DNA of 37,432 nucleotides from Solirubrobacteraceae bacterium (GTDB lineage Bacteria > Actinomycetota > Thermoleophilia > Solirubrobacterales > Solirubrobacteraceae), in NCBI GenBank assembly GCA_033855555.1, contig JAWVFZ010000019.1, forward strand, positions 1 through 37,432, read 5' to 3'. The translations under genes were made by a program, and so were the position numbers. The notes under the pieces were generated by a model. That model did no database searches, had not been told where the DNA came from, and saw only the letters and a program-made list of their open reading frames with translations. Positions 27,394 through 35,944 of this stretch are shown here, one piece after another (position 1 is the stretch's first letter; each line of letters opens with the position of its first letter).

Positions 27394-28842
27394 ATGCCGC
27401 CGAAAGCCCGAACCGCCTCGAACCGCTGGCTCGTCCTGGCGATCGTGTGCCTCGCACAGTTCATGGTCGTCCTCGACGCGACGATCGTGAACATCGCGCT
27501 GCCGTCGATCCAGCGCGGCCTGTCGTTCTCGGACGCCGACCTGCAGTGGGTCATCAACTCCTACACGCTGGTCTTCGGCGGCTTCCTGCTGCTCGGCGGC
27601 CGCGCGGCCGACCTGCTCGGGCGCAGGCGGCTCTTCCTCGCCGGCGTGGCCGTGTTCACGCTGGCTTCGCTGTTGAACGGGCTGGCGCAGTCCTCGCAGA
27701 TGCTGATCGCCGGCCGCGCACTCCAGGGACTGGGCGGGGCGCTCGTCTCGCCGGCGGCGCTCTCGATCATCATGACCACCTTCCCCGAGACGGGGGAGCG
27801 GACCAAGGCGCTCGGCGTCTGGAGTGCGATCGCCGCGGGCGGCGCCGCGTTCGGCCTGCTGCTGGGCGGCGTGCTCACCGACCTGCTCTCGTGGCAGTGG
27901 ATCTTCATCGTCAACGTCCCCGTCGGCATCGCGGCGCTCGTCGCGGCCATCCGGATCGTCCCCGAGTCCCGCGGCGAGGCCAAGCACCGCTCGTTCGACG
28001 TCGCCGGCGCGTTCTCGGTCACGGCCGGCCTGATGGTGCTCGTCTACGCGATCGTCAAGGCCCAGGAGTTCGGCTGGGGCTCCGGGCGCACGCTCGGGTT
28101 CATCGGCGTCGCCGCCGCGCTGCTTGCGGCGTTCGTCGCGATCGAGCTCCGCAGCAAGGCCCCGCTCATCCGGCTGGACATCTTCCGCAAGCGAGCGCTG
28201 ACCGCCTCCAACGTGGCGATGATGTTCGTCGCCGCGGGCATGTTCTCGATGTTCTTCTTCGCCTCGCTGTACGTGCAGGACGTCCTTGGCTACAGCCCGC
28301 TGAAGGCGGGCTTCGCGTTCCTGCCCGTGACGCTGGGCATCGTCGTCGGCGCCGGCCTCGCGCAGGCGCTGATCAAGCGCTTCGGCCCGCGCGCGGTCGG
28401 CGCGATGGGCGTCTCGATCGCCACCGCGGGCATGCTCTGGCTCACGGGCCTCCCCGTGCACGGCAGCTACGTGAGCGACCTGCTGGTCGGGCTCTTCCCG
28501 ATGTCGCTCGGCATGGGCCTGACGTTCGTGCCGGTGACTCTCCTGGCCACCGCCGGCGTGTCGGCCGAGGACTCAGGGCTTGCTTCCGGGCTGCTCAACA
28601 CGTCCCAGCAGATCGGCGGCGCGCTCGGACTCGCGGTGCTCTCGACCCTGTCGGCCAGCCGGACCACGTCGCTGCTGGCCGCCGGCGCCTCGCGCCCCGA
28701 TGCCCTCGTCGGCGGCTGGCACGTGGCATTCACCGGTGCCGCGATCCTGCTGGCTTCGGCGGCGCTGGTGCTCGTCGTGCTCCTGCGCCGCCGGCACCTC
28801 GCAGAGGTCGACCTGGACGCGGCGGTGCTCACCCCGGCATGA
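27394..28842 (+). CDS. MFS transporter, DHA2 (EmrB/QacA-like, 14-TM) drug:H+ antiporter family
   Basis: LDATIVNIALPSI, WVINSYTLVFGGFLLLGGRAADLLGRRR and 14 hydrophobic segments. GGAG lies 10 nt before the ATG at 27394. Confidence 0.9.
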   Translation: MPPKARTASNRWLVLAIVCLAQFMVVLDATIVNIALPSIQRGLSFSDADLQWVINSYTLVFGGFLLLGGRAADLLGRRRLFLAGVAVFTLASLLNGLAQSSQMLIAGRALQGLGGALVSPAALSIIMTTFPETGERTKALGVWSAIAAGGAAFGLLLGGVLTDLLSWQWIFIVNVPVGIAALVAAIRIVPESRGEAKHRSFDVAGAFSVTAGLMVLVYAIVKAQEFGWGSGRTLGFIGVAAALLAAFVAIELRSKAPLIRLDIFRKRALTASNVAMMFVAAGMFSMFFFASLYVQDVLGYSPLKAGFAFLPVTLGIVVGAGLAQALIKRFGPRAVGAMGVSIATAGMLWLTGLPVHGSYVSDLLVGLFPMSLGMGLTFVPVTLLATAGVSAEDSGLASGLLNTSQQIGGALGLAVLSTLSASRTTSLLAAGASRPDALVGGWHVAFTGAAILLASAALVLVVLLRRRHLAEVDLDAAVLTPA

Positions 28843-29495
28843 TCAAGCCCATGACCACCGCGACGCGCCCGCTGCGCGCAGACGCAGAACGCAACCGCCG
28901 GCTGCTGCTCGACGCCGCCGCCGAGGTGTTCAGCGAGCAGGGGCTCGACGCGAGCACGGCGGAGATCGCCCGGCGCGCGGGCGTGGGGCAGGGGACCGTC
29001 TTCCGGCGCTTTCCCACCAAGGAGCATCTGATCGCGGCGCTCGTGGTTGACCGGATCGGGGAGCTCGAGTCCAAGGCCCGCGCGCTCCTCCTGCACCCGC
29101 CGGCCGACGGCTCCGTGCTCGCATTCATGCGGGAGTCGGTCCAGCAGCACCTGCGCGACCGCGGCCTGGTGGAGGCCGTCATCGGGACCGCCGTGATCGC
29201 GGATCCCGGCGTGCAGGAAGCCCACGGGCTGCTGCTCGACGTGATCGAGGAGCTCATCGAGCTTGATCGCCGTGCGGGCCTCCTGCGCGATGACATCGGC
29301 GCCTTCGACGTGATGGCGCTGTCCAAGGCGGTGACGTCGGCGTGCGATCAGTTCGTGAACCTGGCCTCGTGGAAGCGCTACCTCGCCGTGGTCGCGGCCG
29401 GGCTGCGGCCGGCAGCCGACAAGCTGCCGGGCCGCTCGCCCAGCCGTACCCAGATCGACCGCGCGTTGGCCGATCTGGGCCGACCCTCCTCCTAG
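28839..29495 (+). CDS. TetR/AcrR family transcriptional regulator
   Basis: N-terminal HTH RNRRLLLDAAAEVFSEQGLDASTAEIARRAGVGQGTVFRRFPTKE. ATGA overlap with the MFS stop. It lies inside an artefactual long track ORF. Confidence 0.88.
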   Translation: MIKPMTTATRPLRADAERNRRLLLDAAAEVFSEQGLDASTAEIARRAGVGQGTVFRRFPTKEHLIAALVVDRIGELESKARALLLHPPADGSVLAFMRESVQQHLRDRGLVEAVIGTAVIADPGVQEAHGLLLDVIEELIELDRRAGLLRDDIGAFDVMALSKAVTSACDQFVNLASWKRYLAVVAAGLRPAADKLPGRSPSRTQIDRALADLGRPSS

Positions 29496-30688
29496 CTCAG
29501 CGCCATGTTCGGCTCGCCGAGCGCGTTGAGCCCGGTGCCCGAGACGGTGCACGTGCCGCTGCGCGGCGCGCCGCCGTTGTAGGCCTTGCGCACGCAGTTG
29601 CGCAGCGCCTTCTGGCCCCAGTAGTTGGGGTGCAGCGACTCCTGCACCTGGAAGGGGCCGAACACCGTCGACACCGTGCGGATCTGGTTGATCCACTCGG
29701 TCTTGTCGGACGCGCCGGCGTTCGTCCACGAGGACAGGCCCTTCTCCTCCAGCAGGCCGACCGTGTTCTCACATAGCCGCCGGCCGTTGAAGGCGCTCTG
29801 CAGCTCGAGGATGCGGATGTTCGACAGGCCGGTGTCCGTCGCCGCGCCCTTGACCGCGTTGTTGATCGTCGGCAGGGCCGTGGCGTTGGCCCAGTTGGCG
29901 TCGCCGTTCCAGAAGCCGCAGCCGCCGGTGTTCTGGCGCGTGTAGCCCGACTCGCCGTAGCGGAAGCCCGCGCCGTTGGGGACCGGCGATTCGTAGTCCT
30001 GCACGGTGATCGCGTACTGCGAGTCGGCGTAGCCCGCGTTCACCATCGCGGTATGGACGTTGAGGATCGCGTTCTTGATCTTGGCCCGCTGCGCCGCCAC
30101 GTTGGCCGCCGTGAAGTTGGCCGTCACCGAGGAGTCGTCATTGCAGTAGTCCTTCCACCAGGACGGCGACAGCAGGAAGTCCTGCACGCAGCTCTGCACC
30201 ACCGACGCGAAGTTGAAGTCGTTGCCGCCGATCGACACCGACACCTGGCGGATGTTGTGCGTCGCCGCGTAGGCCTGCAGCAGCTTCGCCTGGCCCTGGT
30301 GGCCTGCGCCGTCGTCATAGAAGTCCAGCCCGGGCTTCCAGTCCGAGCCGAGCGCGGACGCGGCCTTCGCTCCGGAGCAGGCGAAGTTGACGCCGTTGAC
30401 GCCGCCACCGACGAAGACCTCAGCGGACTTCGAGCGATGACAGCCCGAGATCGTCTCGGCGCTGTTCGAGGCGTTGTCGTAGTAGGCCGTCGACCCGAGT
30501 GCGTCGATCGACGACGAGCTCCCGTTGGAGTTGCCGGCCCAGCGGCCGGCCTCACCCGAGATGTAGGAGTCGCCGAGCGTGGCGATCGTCGGGGTCCCGA
30601 CCCCGGGACCGTCGGCGTGGGCGGCCGGCGCAAAGCCGGCGAGTGAGAGCGCAGCCAGGACGGCGGCGCTCGAGCGGCGGTGGGACAC
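29492..30688 (-). CDS. Secreted SGNH/GDSL-family hydrolase (esterase/lipase-like)
   Basis: Signal peptide ending AHA and block I GDSYISGE. GTG start with AGGAG 5 nt upstream. Confidence 0.8.
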   Translation of the reverse strand: MSHRRSSAAVLAALSLAGFAPAAHADGPGVGTPTIATLGDSYISGEAGRWAGNSNGSSSSIDALGSTAYYDNASNSAETISGCHRSKSAEVFVGGGVNGVNFACSGAKAASALGSDWKPGLDFYDDGAGHQGQAKLLQAYAATHNIRQVSVSIGGNDFNFASVVQSCVQDFLLSPSWWKDYCNDDSSVTANFTAANVAAQRAKIKNAILNVHTAMVNAGYADSQYAITVQDYESPVPNGAGFRYGESGYTRQNTGGCGFWNGDANWANATALPTINNAVKGAATDTGLSNIRILELQSAFNGRRLCENTVGLLEEKGLSSWTNAGASDKTEWINQIRTVSTVFGPFQVQESLHPNYWGQKALRNCVRKAYNGGAPRSGTCTVSGTGLNALGEPNMALS

Positions 30689-30786
30689 TTGCTCTCCTCT
30701 CGAACTGCTTGCTCGGCGGGGTGGAGCAGAGTGGAGCCGCCGCAGGACGCCGCGAGAGTATCAGCGGCCCGGGCGGGAATGAGAAA

Positions 30787-30809
30787 GGCCCGCCTTGTAA
30801 GGGCGGGCC
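30787..30809 (-). terminator. Intrinsic terminator of the csp / zinc-ribbon transcription unit
   Basis: GGCCCGCC (30787-30794) pairs with GGCGGGCC (30802-30809). On the minus strand it is followed by UUUCUCAUU. It begins 5 nt after the small ORF's double stop. Confidence 0.7.
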
Positions 30810-30814
30810 CGTCA

Positions 30815-30919
30815 TCAATGCTGCCTGAGTGCGCCGCCACAGTGGGGGCAGCTCGCGCGGTGATTCGCGCTGGGCATGCTCCACAGCCTGAGGCAGCTGC
30901 GACAGAGGAGTCGGATCAT
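30815..30919 (-). CDS. 34-aa zinc-ribbon microprotein (CxxC-N14-CxxC); not in the supplied ORF track
   Basis: ATG at 30919 is preceded by AAAGGAGG with a 6-nt spacer. Peptide MIRLLCRSCLRLWSMPSANHRASCPHCGGALRQH. Tandem stops TGATGA. GC3-rich. Flanked by csp upstream and a terminator downstream. Confidence 0.6.
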   Translation of the reverse strand: MIRLLCRSCLRLWSMPSANHRASCPHCGGALRQH

Positions 30920-30952
30920 GGTGATCCTCCTTTCTGCCCAGCTCTCGGCGGT

Positions 30953-30979
30953 CCTGCTGCGACCGTGGGCCGCAGCAGG
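30953..30979 (-). other. Perfect 9-bp GC-rich hairpin between csp and the zinc-ribbon ORF
   Basis: CCTGCTGCG (30953-30961) and CGCAGCAGG (30971-30979) with a 9-nt loop, 14 nt after the csp stop. No U-tract. Confidence 0.45.
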
Positions 30980-30992
30980 TGGTGTCGTTGCC

Positions 30993-31196
30993 CTAGATCA
31001 GGGTGACGTTGACGGCCTTGGGGCCCTTGTCGCCGTTCTCGGCGTCATAGGAGACCCGTGCGCCCTCGGCGAGGGTGCGGAAGCCGTTCCCGTTGATCCC
31101 CGTGTGGTGGACGAAGAGGTCCTTGCCGCCCTCGTCCGGAGTAACGAAGCCGAAGCCCTTCTCGTCGCTGAACCATTTGACGGTTCCGGTAGCCAT
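30993..31196 (-). CDS. csp: Cold-shock protein (CspA family)
   Basis: [31 protein letters not shown] with RNP1/RNP2 motifs. SD AGGAGGG upstream. Confidence 0.97.
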   Translation of the reverse strand: MATGTVKWFSDEKGFGFVTPDEGGKDLFVHHTGINGNGFRTLAEGARVSYDAENGDKGPKAVNVTLI

Positions 31197-31352
31197 TTGA
31201 CTAACCCTCCTGGGTGTTCGTGCACTTTGCGAACCCGGAGGGTGCTACGAGGCAACGACTGCGGGCGCTGGGCACTTCTTTACCGGGCAGTGCACCCGGC
31301 CTTATCGCAGCGCAACGTAGCAGCTTCGAGCCACCGGATCTTGTTCTTCCGA
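31197..31352 (-). promoter_or_regulatory. Long csp upstream region (promoter plus structured 5' leader)
   Basis: 156-nt gap of lower GC. A bulged 7-bp hairpin (GGGUUCG...CGAACACCC) lies immediately 5' of the SD. Long structured leaders are typical of csp genes. The promoter is not confidently located. Confidence 0.4.
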
Positions 31353-31568
31353 TTACTCTGGCGGCTTGCCGCTGAGCTGTAGGCGCGCCGCGCGGTCGGC
31401 GGTGACGAACCAGCCCGTCGCGTTGAGGCGGAAGCGCAGCGTCTGGCCGGCGACCGTCTCGACGTCGACGGTGTGCCCGCCGTCCTCCACGGCGACGATC
31501 ACGCCCGCCTCGGTGACGCCGAGGAAGACGACCGTCACCTCGGCGCCTTCGACGGGAAGTTGCCTCAC
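31353..31568 (-). CDS. Hypothetical small beta-rich protein (71 aa, GTG start)
   Basis: High GC3 throughout. It starts 20 nt downstream of the thioredoxin stop. No recognisable motif. Confidence 0.5.
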   Translation of the reverse strand: MRQLPVEGAEVTVVFLGVTEAGVIVAVEDGGHTVDVETVAGQTLRFRLNATGWFVTADRAARLQLSGKPPE

Positions 31569-31588
31569 ACCTCGAGTCTAGATCGCCC

Positions 31589-31900
31589 CTAGATCGCCTC
31601 CAGCTCGCTCAGCAGGCGCCGCGCCGGGCGCGAGCCGACGAGCCGCTGGACCGGTTCGCCGTCCTTGAAGACGAGCATCGTGGGCGCGGCGAGGATGCCG
31701 TAGGTCGCGGCGACCTCCGGATGGTCGTCGGTGTTGAGCTTGCGAAAGCGGACGTCGGGGCGCTGCTCGGCGACCTCCTCCAGGACGCCGTTCATCACGC
31801 GGCACGGGCCGCACCAGGGCGCCCAGAAGTCGACCAGGACCGGGTCGGGCGACTCGAGGACCTCGGCGTGGAAGCTGTTCTCGGTGACGTGTTCGATCAT
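31589..31900 (-). CDS. trxA: Thioredoxin
   Basis: VLVDFWAPWCGPCR active site. 103 aa from the ATG at 31900; the track ORF start at 32056 is too long. Confidence 0.93.
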   Translation of the reverse strand: MIEHVTENSFHAEVLESPDPVLVDFWAPWCGPCRVMNGVLEEVAEQRPDVRFRKLNTDDHPEVAATYGILAAPTMLVFKDGEPVQRLVGSRPARRLLSELEAI

Positions 31901-32071
31901 GGCTCCATGGTCCGCGGCGCGCTGCCGTTGGTCCAGTGCGATCGCTACTGGCCCCAGAAGGGCGCCGTTGACAGGAACGTCACGGGTCGGCCACATCCGG
32001 GCAACAGAGGCGCCGCGATCGGTTCGTAGCTTCCGGCCGGTCCACGATCCGGCCATTCAGGGAGGCCCTCA

Positions 32072-34639
32072 ATGTCCATCATCCGCGCCGTCGCCGGCGC
32101 CATCGCGTGCTGCCTATCGGTAGCGGCCGCGACCGCCGCGGCGAGTACGCCTGTCACCCCGGCGGGGTGGCGCGTCGAACCCGTCGGCACTCAAATCGAG
32201 ATATCCCAGGGCGTGCCCGGCCTCCAGGGGCCGCTGGGCGCCGCGCTCTCGCCGTCGGGCGACCAGCTGCTGACGAGCAGCAGCGGCGCCGGCAAGATCG
32301 ACTCGGTCGACCTGTTCGACCTCGCGGCCGGGCAACGGTCGGACTTCCTGCCCTACGACGCCGCCAAGGGGCAGGCCGTCTTCTCCGGCGTCGCGTGGTC
32401 GTCCGATGGCACTCGTGCCTGGGCGGCGGGCGGCGGCCAGCAGGTCGTGCACGCCTACACGGTCGCCGGCGGCAAGCTGACCGAGACCGGCCAGATCGCG
32501 ACCCCGTTCTTCCCGGCGGGGCTCGCGTACGGAAGGACGCCGCTTGGCGACCGCCTCTACGTCGTCAACAACCTCTCCGGGCCGGCGGGCGGCACGAACC
32601 CGCCGGGGCACACCGTCACCGTCGTCGACCCGGCCACCGGCATGACAACCGCCACGATCGAGCTCGGCACGCCGCTGTACCCGCTCGGTGTCGCCTTCGC
32701 CCGCGACGGGCGCAAGGCCTACGTCACCAACTGGGCGGGACGGTCGGTGTCCGTCATCGACACCGGATCGCAGGCCAAGACCGCCGACATCGAGCTCTCG
32801 CCGCCCGACAATCCGGAGCTCGCAGACCACCCGTCCGCCATCGCCGCCAACCCGGCGCGCGATGAGGTCTACACGGCCAACGCCAACTCCGACACGGTCT
32901 CGGTCGTCGACACCGCCACCGACACGGTGGCGGCGACCATCGACGTCGCGCTCGTCACGCGCGGGCCGAAGGGAGCGATCCCGGACGGCCTCGCGGTGTC
33001 GCCCGACGGCCACACGCTCTACGTGGCCGAGGCCGGCGAGAACGCGGTTGCGGTCGTCGACCTCGACAGCCGCAGCGTCAAGGGCTTCATCCCGACCGCC
33101 TGGTATCCGGCGGCGGTGTCGGTGACCCCTGACGGCGCGCGGCTCGTGGTGACGAACACGAACGCGTCCGGCGCCGGGCCCAACCCGTGCGGCGGGCTGA
33201 CGCCGAGGCCCGATTGCGCGGGCGTCAACCGCGACAGCCAGTACTCGGGCTCGATGATCAAGGGCTCGGTCCAGGTCGTCGACCTCGCGGACGCGACGGG
33301 CCGGCTCGACGCGCTGACGCGCAAGGTGCGCCGCGACAACCAGGCGGCCGCGCGCGGGCGCCCGCGCCCGGCCGGCCTTGACGCGATCAAGCACGTCATC
33401 TACGTGGTCAAGGAGAACCGCACCTACGACCAGGTGTTCGGCGACCTGCCGAAGGGCAACGGTGACCCGTCGCTGGCGCTCTTCAAGGACGACAGCGCCC
33501 CGAACCACCGCGCGCTCGCCCAGCGGTTCGCACTGTTCGACAACTTCTACGCGGATGCGGAGGTGTCGGCCGACGGCCACAACTGGATCACCCAGGCCAC
33601 TGCGAGCGACTACGTCGACAAGACCTGGCCGATCAACTACTCGCCGTCGCCGCGCTCGAGCCAGCGTGCGTACGACTTCGAGGATGTCCCGTTCGCGCAG
33701 CAGTTCGCCAGCGAGCCGCTGCAGGGCGATCCGAGCATCACGCGCTCGGCTGCGGCCCGGACGGGCGGCTACCTGTGGGACGACGCGTTCTCGCGCGCGG
33801 TGACCTTCCGCGACTACGGCGAGTTCACCCAGACCGACTGCAGCGGGGGCGCGGGGAACGTGTCGCACACGACGCACCTCGACGACACGCGCTTCGGCGA
33901 TCACGTCGACGAGCGCTTCCCGGGCTACTCGACGGCCTGCTCGGACCATGTCAACCGCGAGCCGGAGTGGGAGCGCGAGTTCCGCGGCTACGAGCAGAGC
34001 GGCGACCTGCCCGCGCTGGAGATCGTCCGCCTTCCCAACGATCACACCCGCGGCACGACCCCGGGCGCGGCGACGCCGCAGTCCTATGTCGCTGACAACG
34101 ACCTGGCGCTGGGAAGGCTCGTCGATGTCGTCTCGCACAGCCGCTTCTGGAAGAGCACGGTCATCCTCGTCACCGAGGACGACGCACAGAACGGCCCCGA
34201 CCACGTCGACGCCCACCGGACCGTCGCGCTCGCGGTCAGCCCGTACACGCAGGCAGGCCGCGTCGACTCGACGCACTACGACACCAGTGCGATGGTCGCG
34301 ACGATCGAGGATCTCCTCGGCCTCGCGCCGATGAGCGTCACCGACGCGCGTGCCAGCCGGATGTGGGGCGCGTTCCGCCCCCAGCCCGACCTCGCGCCCT
34401 ATGACGCAAAGCAGCCGGCGGTGATCCCGTTCGGCGATTCCGGAGCGCCCACGAATCCCGCCACCGCGGCGCTGGCGAAGGCCTCGGCGAGCTGGGACTT
34501 CAAGCACGCCGATGCGACGCCGGAGATCGCTCTCAACCGGGCGATCTGGAAGTCGGTCAAGGGCAAGCGGTCGCGGATGCCGGCCCCGCGGCACGTCCGG
34601 ATCATCGGCTCGCGTCCGAACGACCAGACGGACGGCTAG
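32072..34639 (+). CDS. Secreted fusion protein: N-terminal YVTN/YncE-type beta-propeller plus C-terminal phosphoesterase (phospholipase C / AcpA acid phosphatase family)
   Basis: Signal peptide and repeated propeller blades (YVVNNLS..VTVVD, YVTNWAGRSVSVIDT, YTANANSDTVSVVDT, YVAEAGENAVAVVDL). Phosphoesterase blocks IKHVIYVVKENRTYDQVFG, DGHNW and VTEDDAQNGPDHVDAHRT. SD AGGGAGG. Confidence 0.85.
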   Translation: MSIIRAVAGAIACCLSVAAATAAASTPVTPAGWRVEPVGTQIEISQGVPGLQGPLGAALSPSGDQLLTSSSGAGKIDSVDLFDLAAGQRSDFLPYDAAKGQAVFSGVAWSSDGTRAWAAGGGQQVVHAYTVAGGKLTETGQIATPFFPAGLAYGRTPLGDRLYVVNNLSGPAGGTNPPGHTVTVVDPATGMTTATIELGTPLYPLGVAFARDGRKAYVTNWAGRSVSVIDTGSQAKTADIELSPPDNPELADHPSAIAANPARDEVYTANANSDTVSVVDTATDTVAATIDVALVTRGPKGAIPDGLAVSPDGHTLYVAEAGENAVAVVDLDSRSVKGFIPTAWYPAAVSVTPDGARLVVTNTNASGAGPNPCGGLTPRPDCAGVNRDSQYSGSMIKGSVQVVDLADATGRLDALTRKVRRDNQAAARGRPRPAGLDAIKHVIYVVKENRTYDQVFGDLPKGNGDPSLALFKDDSAPNHRALAQRFALFDNFYADAEVSADGHNWITQATASDYVDKTWPINYSPSPRSSQRAYDFEDVPFAQQFASEPLQGDPSITRSAAARTGGYLWDDAFSRAVTFRDYGEFTQTDCSGGAGNVSHTTHLDDTRFGDHVDERFPGYSTACSDHVNREPEWEREFRGYEQSGDLPALEIVRLPNDHTRGTTPGAATPQSYVADNDLALGRLVDVVSHSRFWKSTVILVTEDDAQNGPDHVDAHRTVALAVSPYTQAGRVDSTHYDTSAMVATIEDLLGLAPMSVTDARASRMWGAFRPQPDLAPYDAKQPAVIPFGDSGAPTNPATAALAKASASWDFKHADATPEIALNRAIWKSVKGKRSRMPAPRHVRIIGSRPNDQTDG

Positions 34640-35445
34640 AGCCGCAGATGCGCGATGAGCAGCCGCGCCGCTCGCCCCGGCGCGGCTGCCGTCGACGCGT
34701 AGAGCGTCCGCTGGGGGAGCGCCTCCCGCGTGCGGACCACGGCAACCTCTGGGCCCGGCGCATCCAGCCACGAAGCCGGCACGATCGCCACGGCGAGGCC
34801 GTGGTGGACGAGCAGCCGGGCCGTCGTCGCGTCGGCGACCTCGAAGAGCGGCACCGGGCTGAAGCCCGCGGCTGCGAATGCGGCGCGCAGGATCGGCTGG
34901 TCGCCGGGGAGGACGAACGGCTCGTCGCGCAGCTCGGCCAGGCCGACGGCGCGCCGCCGGGCCAGGGGATGGCCGGGCGCGGCGACGATCGTCAGGTCCT
35001 CGCGGCGCAGCCGCGTGGCGCGGCCGAAGCCCTTGACCTCCTCGCCGCCGATGACGACATCGGCGGGCTGGGGACGCAGCGCCACGCGTAGCGCTGGATG
35101 GGCGCCCTGGAAGTCGACGAGCGCCGGGACGAGCCACGGCAGGTCGAGCCCGGCGGCCGCGACCCGCAGCAGCCCGCGCTGCTCGTCGGCGTGGGCGCCC
35201 AGTTCGGCTCGCGCGGCGTCGGCCTCGCCGAGGATCCGATCGGCGCGCGTGAGCAGCTGCGCTCCGGCGGGCGTCGGCGTCGTGCCCTGGGCGGTGCGAT
35301 GTAGCAGCGCGACGCCCAGCTCCTGCTCGAGCTTGCCCACCTGCTGGCTCAGCGCGGACTGCGTCACGTAGAGCTCGTCGGCCGCTCGCGTGAACGAGCC
35401 CAGACGGGCGACCGTGGCAAAGGCGCGCAGCTGCCGGAGCTCCAT
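34636..35445 (-). CDS. LysR family transcriptional regulator
   Basis: MELRQLRAFATVARLGSFTRAADELYVTQSALSQQVGKLEQELG HTH. The start at 35445 is chosen by family N-terminus. Confidence 0.88.
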   Translation of the reverse strand: MELRQLRAFATVARLGSFTRAADELYVTQSALSQQVGKLEQELGVALLHRTAQGTTPTPAGAQLLTRADRILGEADAARAELGAHADEQRGLLRVAAAGLDLPWLVPALVDFQGAHPALRVALRPQPADVVIGGEEVKGFGRATRLRREDLTIVAAPGHPLARRRAVGLAELRDEPFVLPGDQPILRAAFAAAGFSPVPLFEVADATTARLLVHHGLAVAIVPASWLDAPGPEVAVVRTREALPQRTLYASTAAAPGRAARLLIAHLRL

Positions 35446-35477
35446 GCGCGCGGACGCTATCGGCTCGGGCAAAGAGC

Positions 35478-35495
35478 ATTGTGGTACAATATTGT
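35478..35495. promoter_or_regulatory. Overlapping palindromes ATTGT-GGT-ACAAT and ACAATATTGT in the AT-rich LysR/MarR divergent intergenic region; includes an extended -10-like TGGTACAAT
   Basis: Read directly at 35478-35490 and 35486-35495. This is the only markedly AT-rich stretch in the window. The MarR ATG lies 9 nt beyond. Confidence 0.45.
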
Positions 35496-35503
35496 TTAGA
35501 AAT

Positions 35504-35944
35504 ATGAATCGCGACGTCGACCACATCGCCGAGCATCTGGTTCCGCGGGCTTCGCTGCTGACGCGGCTGTTGCTGCGCCAGTCCGGGACGGACATCCCCC
35601 GCAGCGAGGCAGGCGTGCTGGGGACCCTGGGGCGCGGCGCGCGGCGGATCACCGACCTCGCCGAGCACGAGGGGCTCGCGCAACCGACGATGACGCTCCT
35701 CATCAAGCGCCTCGAAAAGCGCGGCTGGGTGGCGCGCGAGCGCGACGAGGCCGATGGCCGCGCCGTCCTGGTGTCCCTGACGCCGGCCGGCTTCGCCGCC
35801 GTGCAGGAGGCGCGGGCGGGCTATCGCGCCGTCCTCCAAGACCGCCTGCGTTCGATGACGGACGCCGAGGTGGCCGCACTGACAACCGCAACCGACGCGC
35901 TGGGCGGCCTCGTCGAGGCACTCCAGCGAGGAGACGAACGATGA
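35504..35944 (+). CDS. MarR family transcriptional regulator
   Basis: Winged-helix block ITDLAEHEGLAQPTMTLLIKRLEKRGWVARERDEADGRAVLVSLTPAG. ATG at 35504. Confidence 0.88.
   Translation: MNRDVDHIAEHLVPRASLLTRLLLRQSGTDIPRSEAGVLGTLGRGARRITDLAEHEGLAQPTMTLLIKRLEKRGWVARERDEADGRAVLVSLTPAGFAAVQEARAGYRAVLQDRLRSMTDAEVAALTTATDALGGLVEALQRGDER

Noticed and set aside
29492-29495. Convergent gene pairs sharing overlapping stop codons at a CTAG tetranucleotide (tetR/SGNH here, and phosphoesterase/LysR at 34636..34639)
   Set aside because: This is real in the sequence, but it is a trivial consequence of TAG being contained in its own reverse-complement context. No functional inference is justified from two cases.
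31237-31252. 9-mer GGGTGCTAC shared between the csp leader and the Rieske-Ku start region (23877-23885), considered as another copy of the start-proximal element
   Set aside because: My rough expectation for a 9-mer of this composition in a window this size is about 0.5, so the match is compatible with chance. The spacing to the csp start also differs.
31571-31584. Adjacent CTCGAG and TCTAGA (XhoI and XbaI sites), considered as a possible cloning scar or engineered junction
   Set aside because: The flanking sequence is continuous native-looking coding DNA with normal codon bias, and there is no vector-like sequence. The TCTAGA arises from the microduplication of the trxA stop region.
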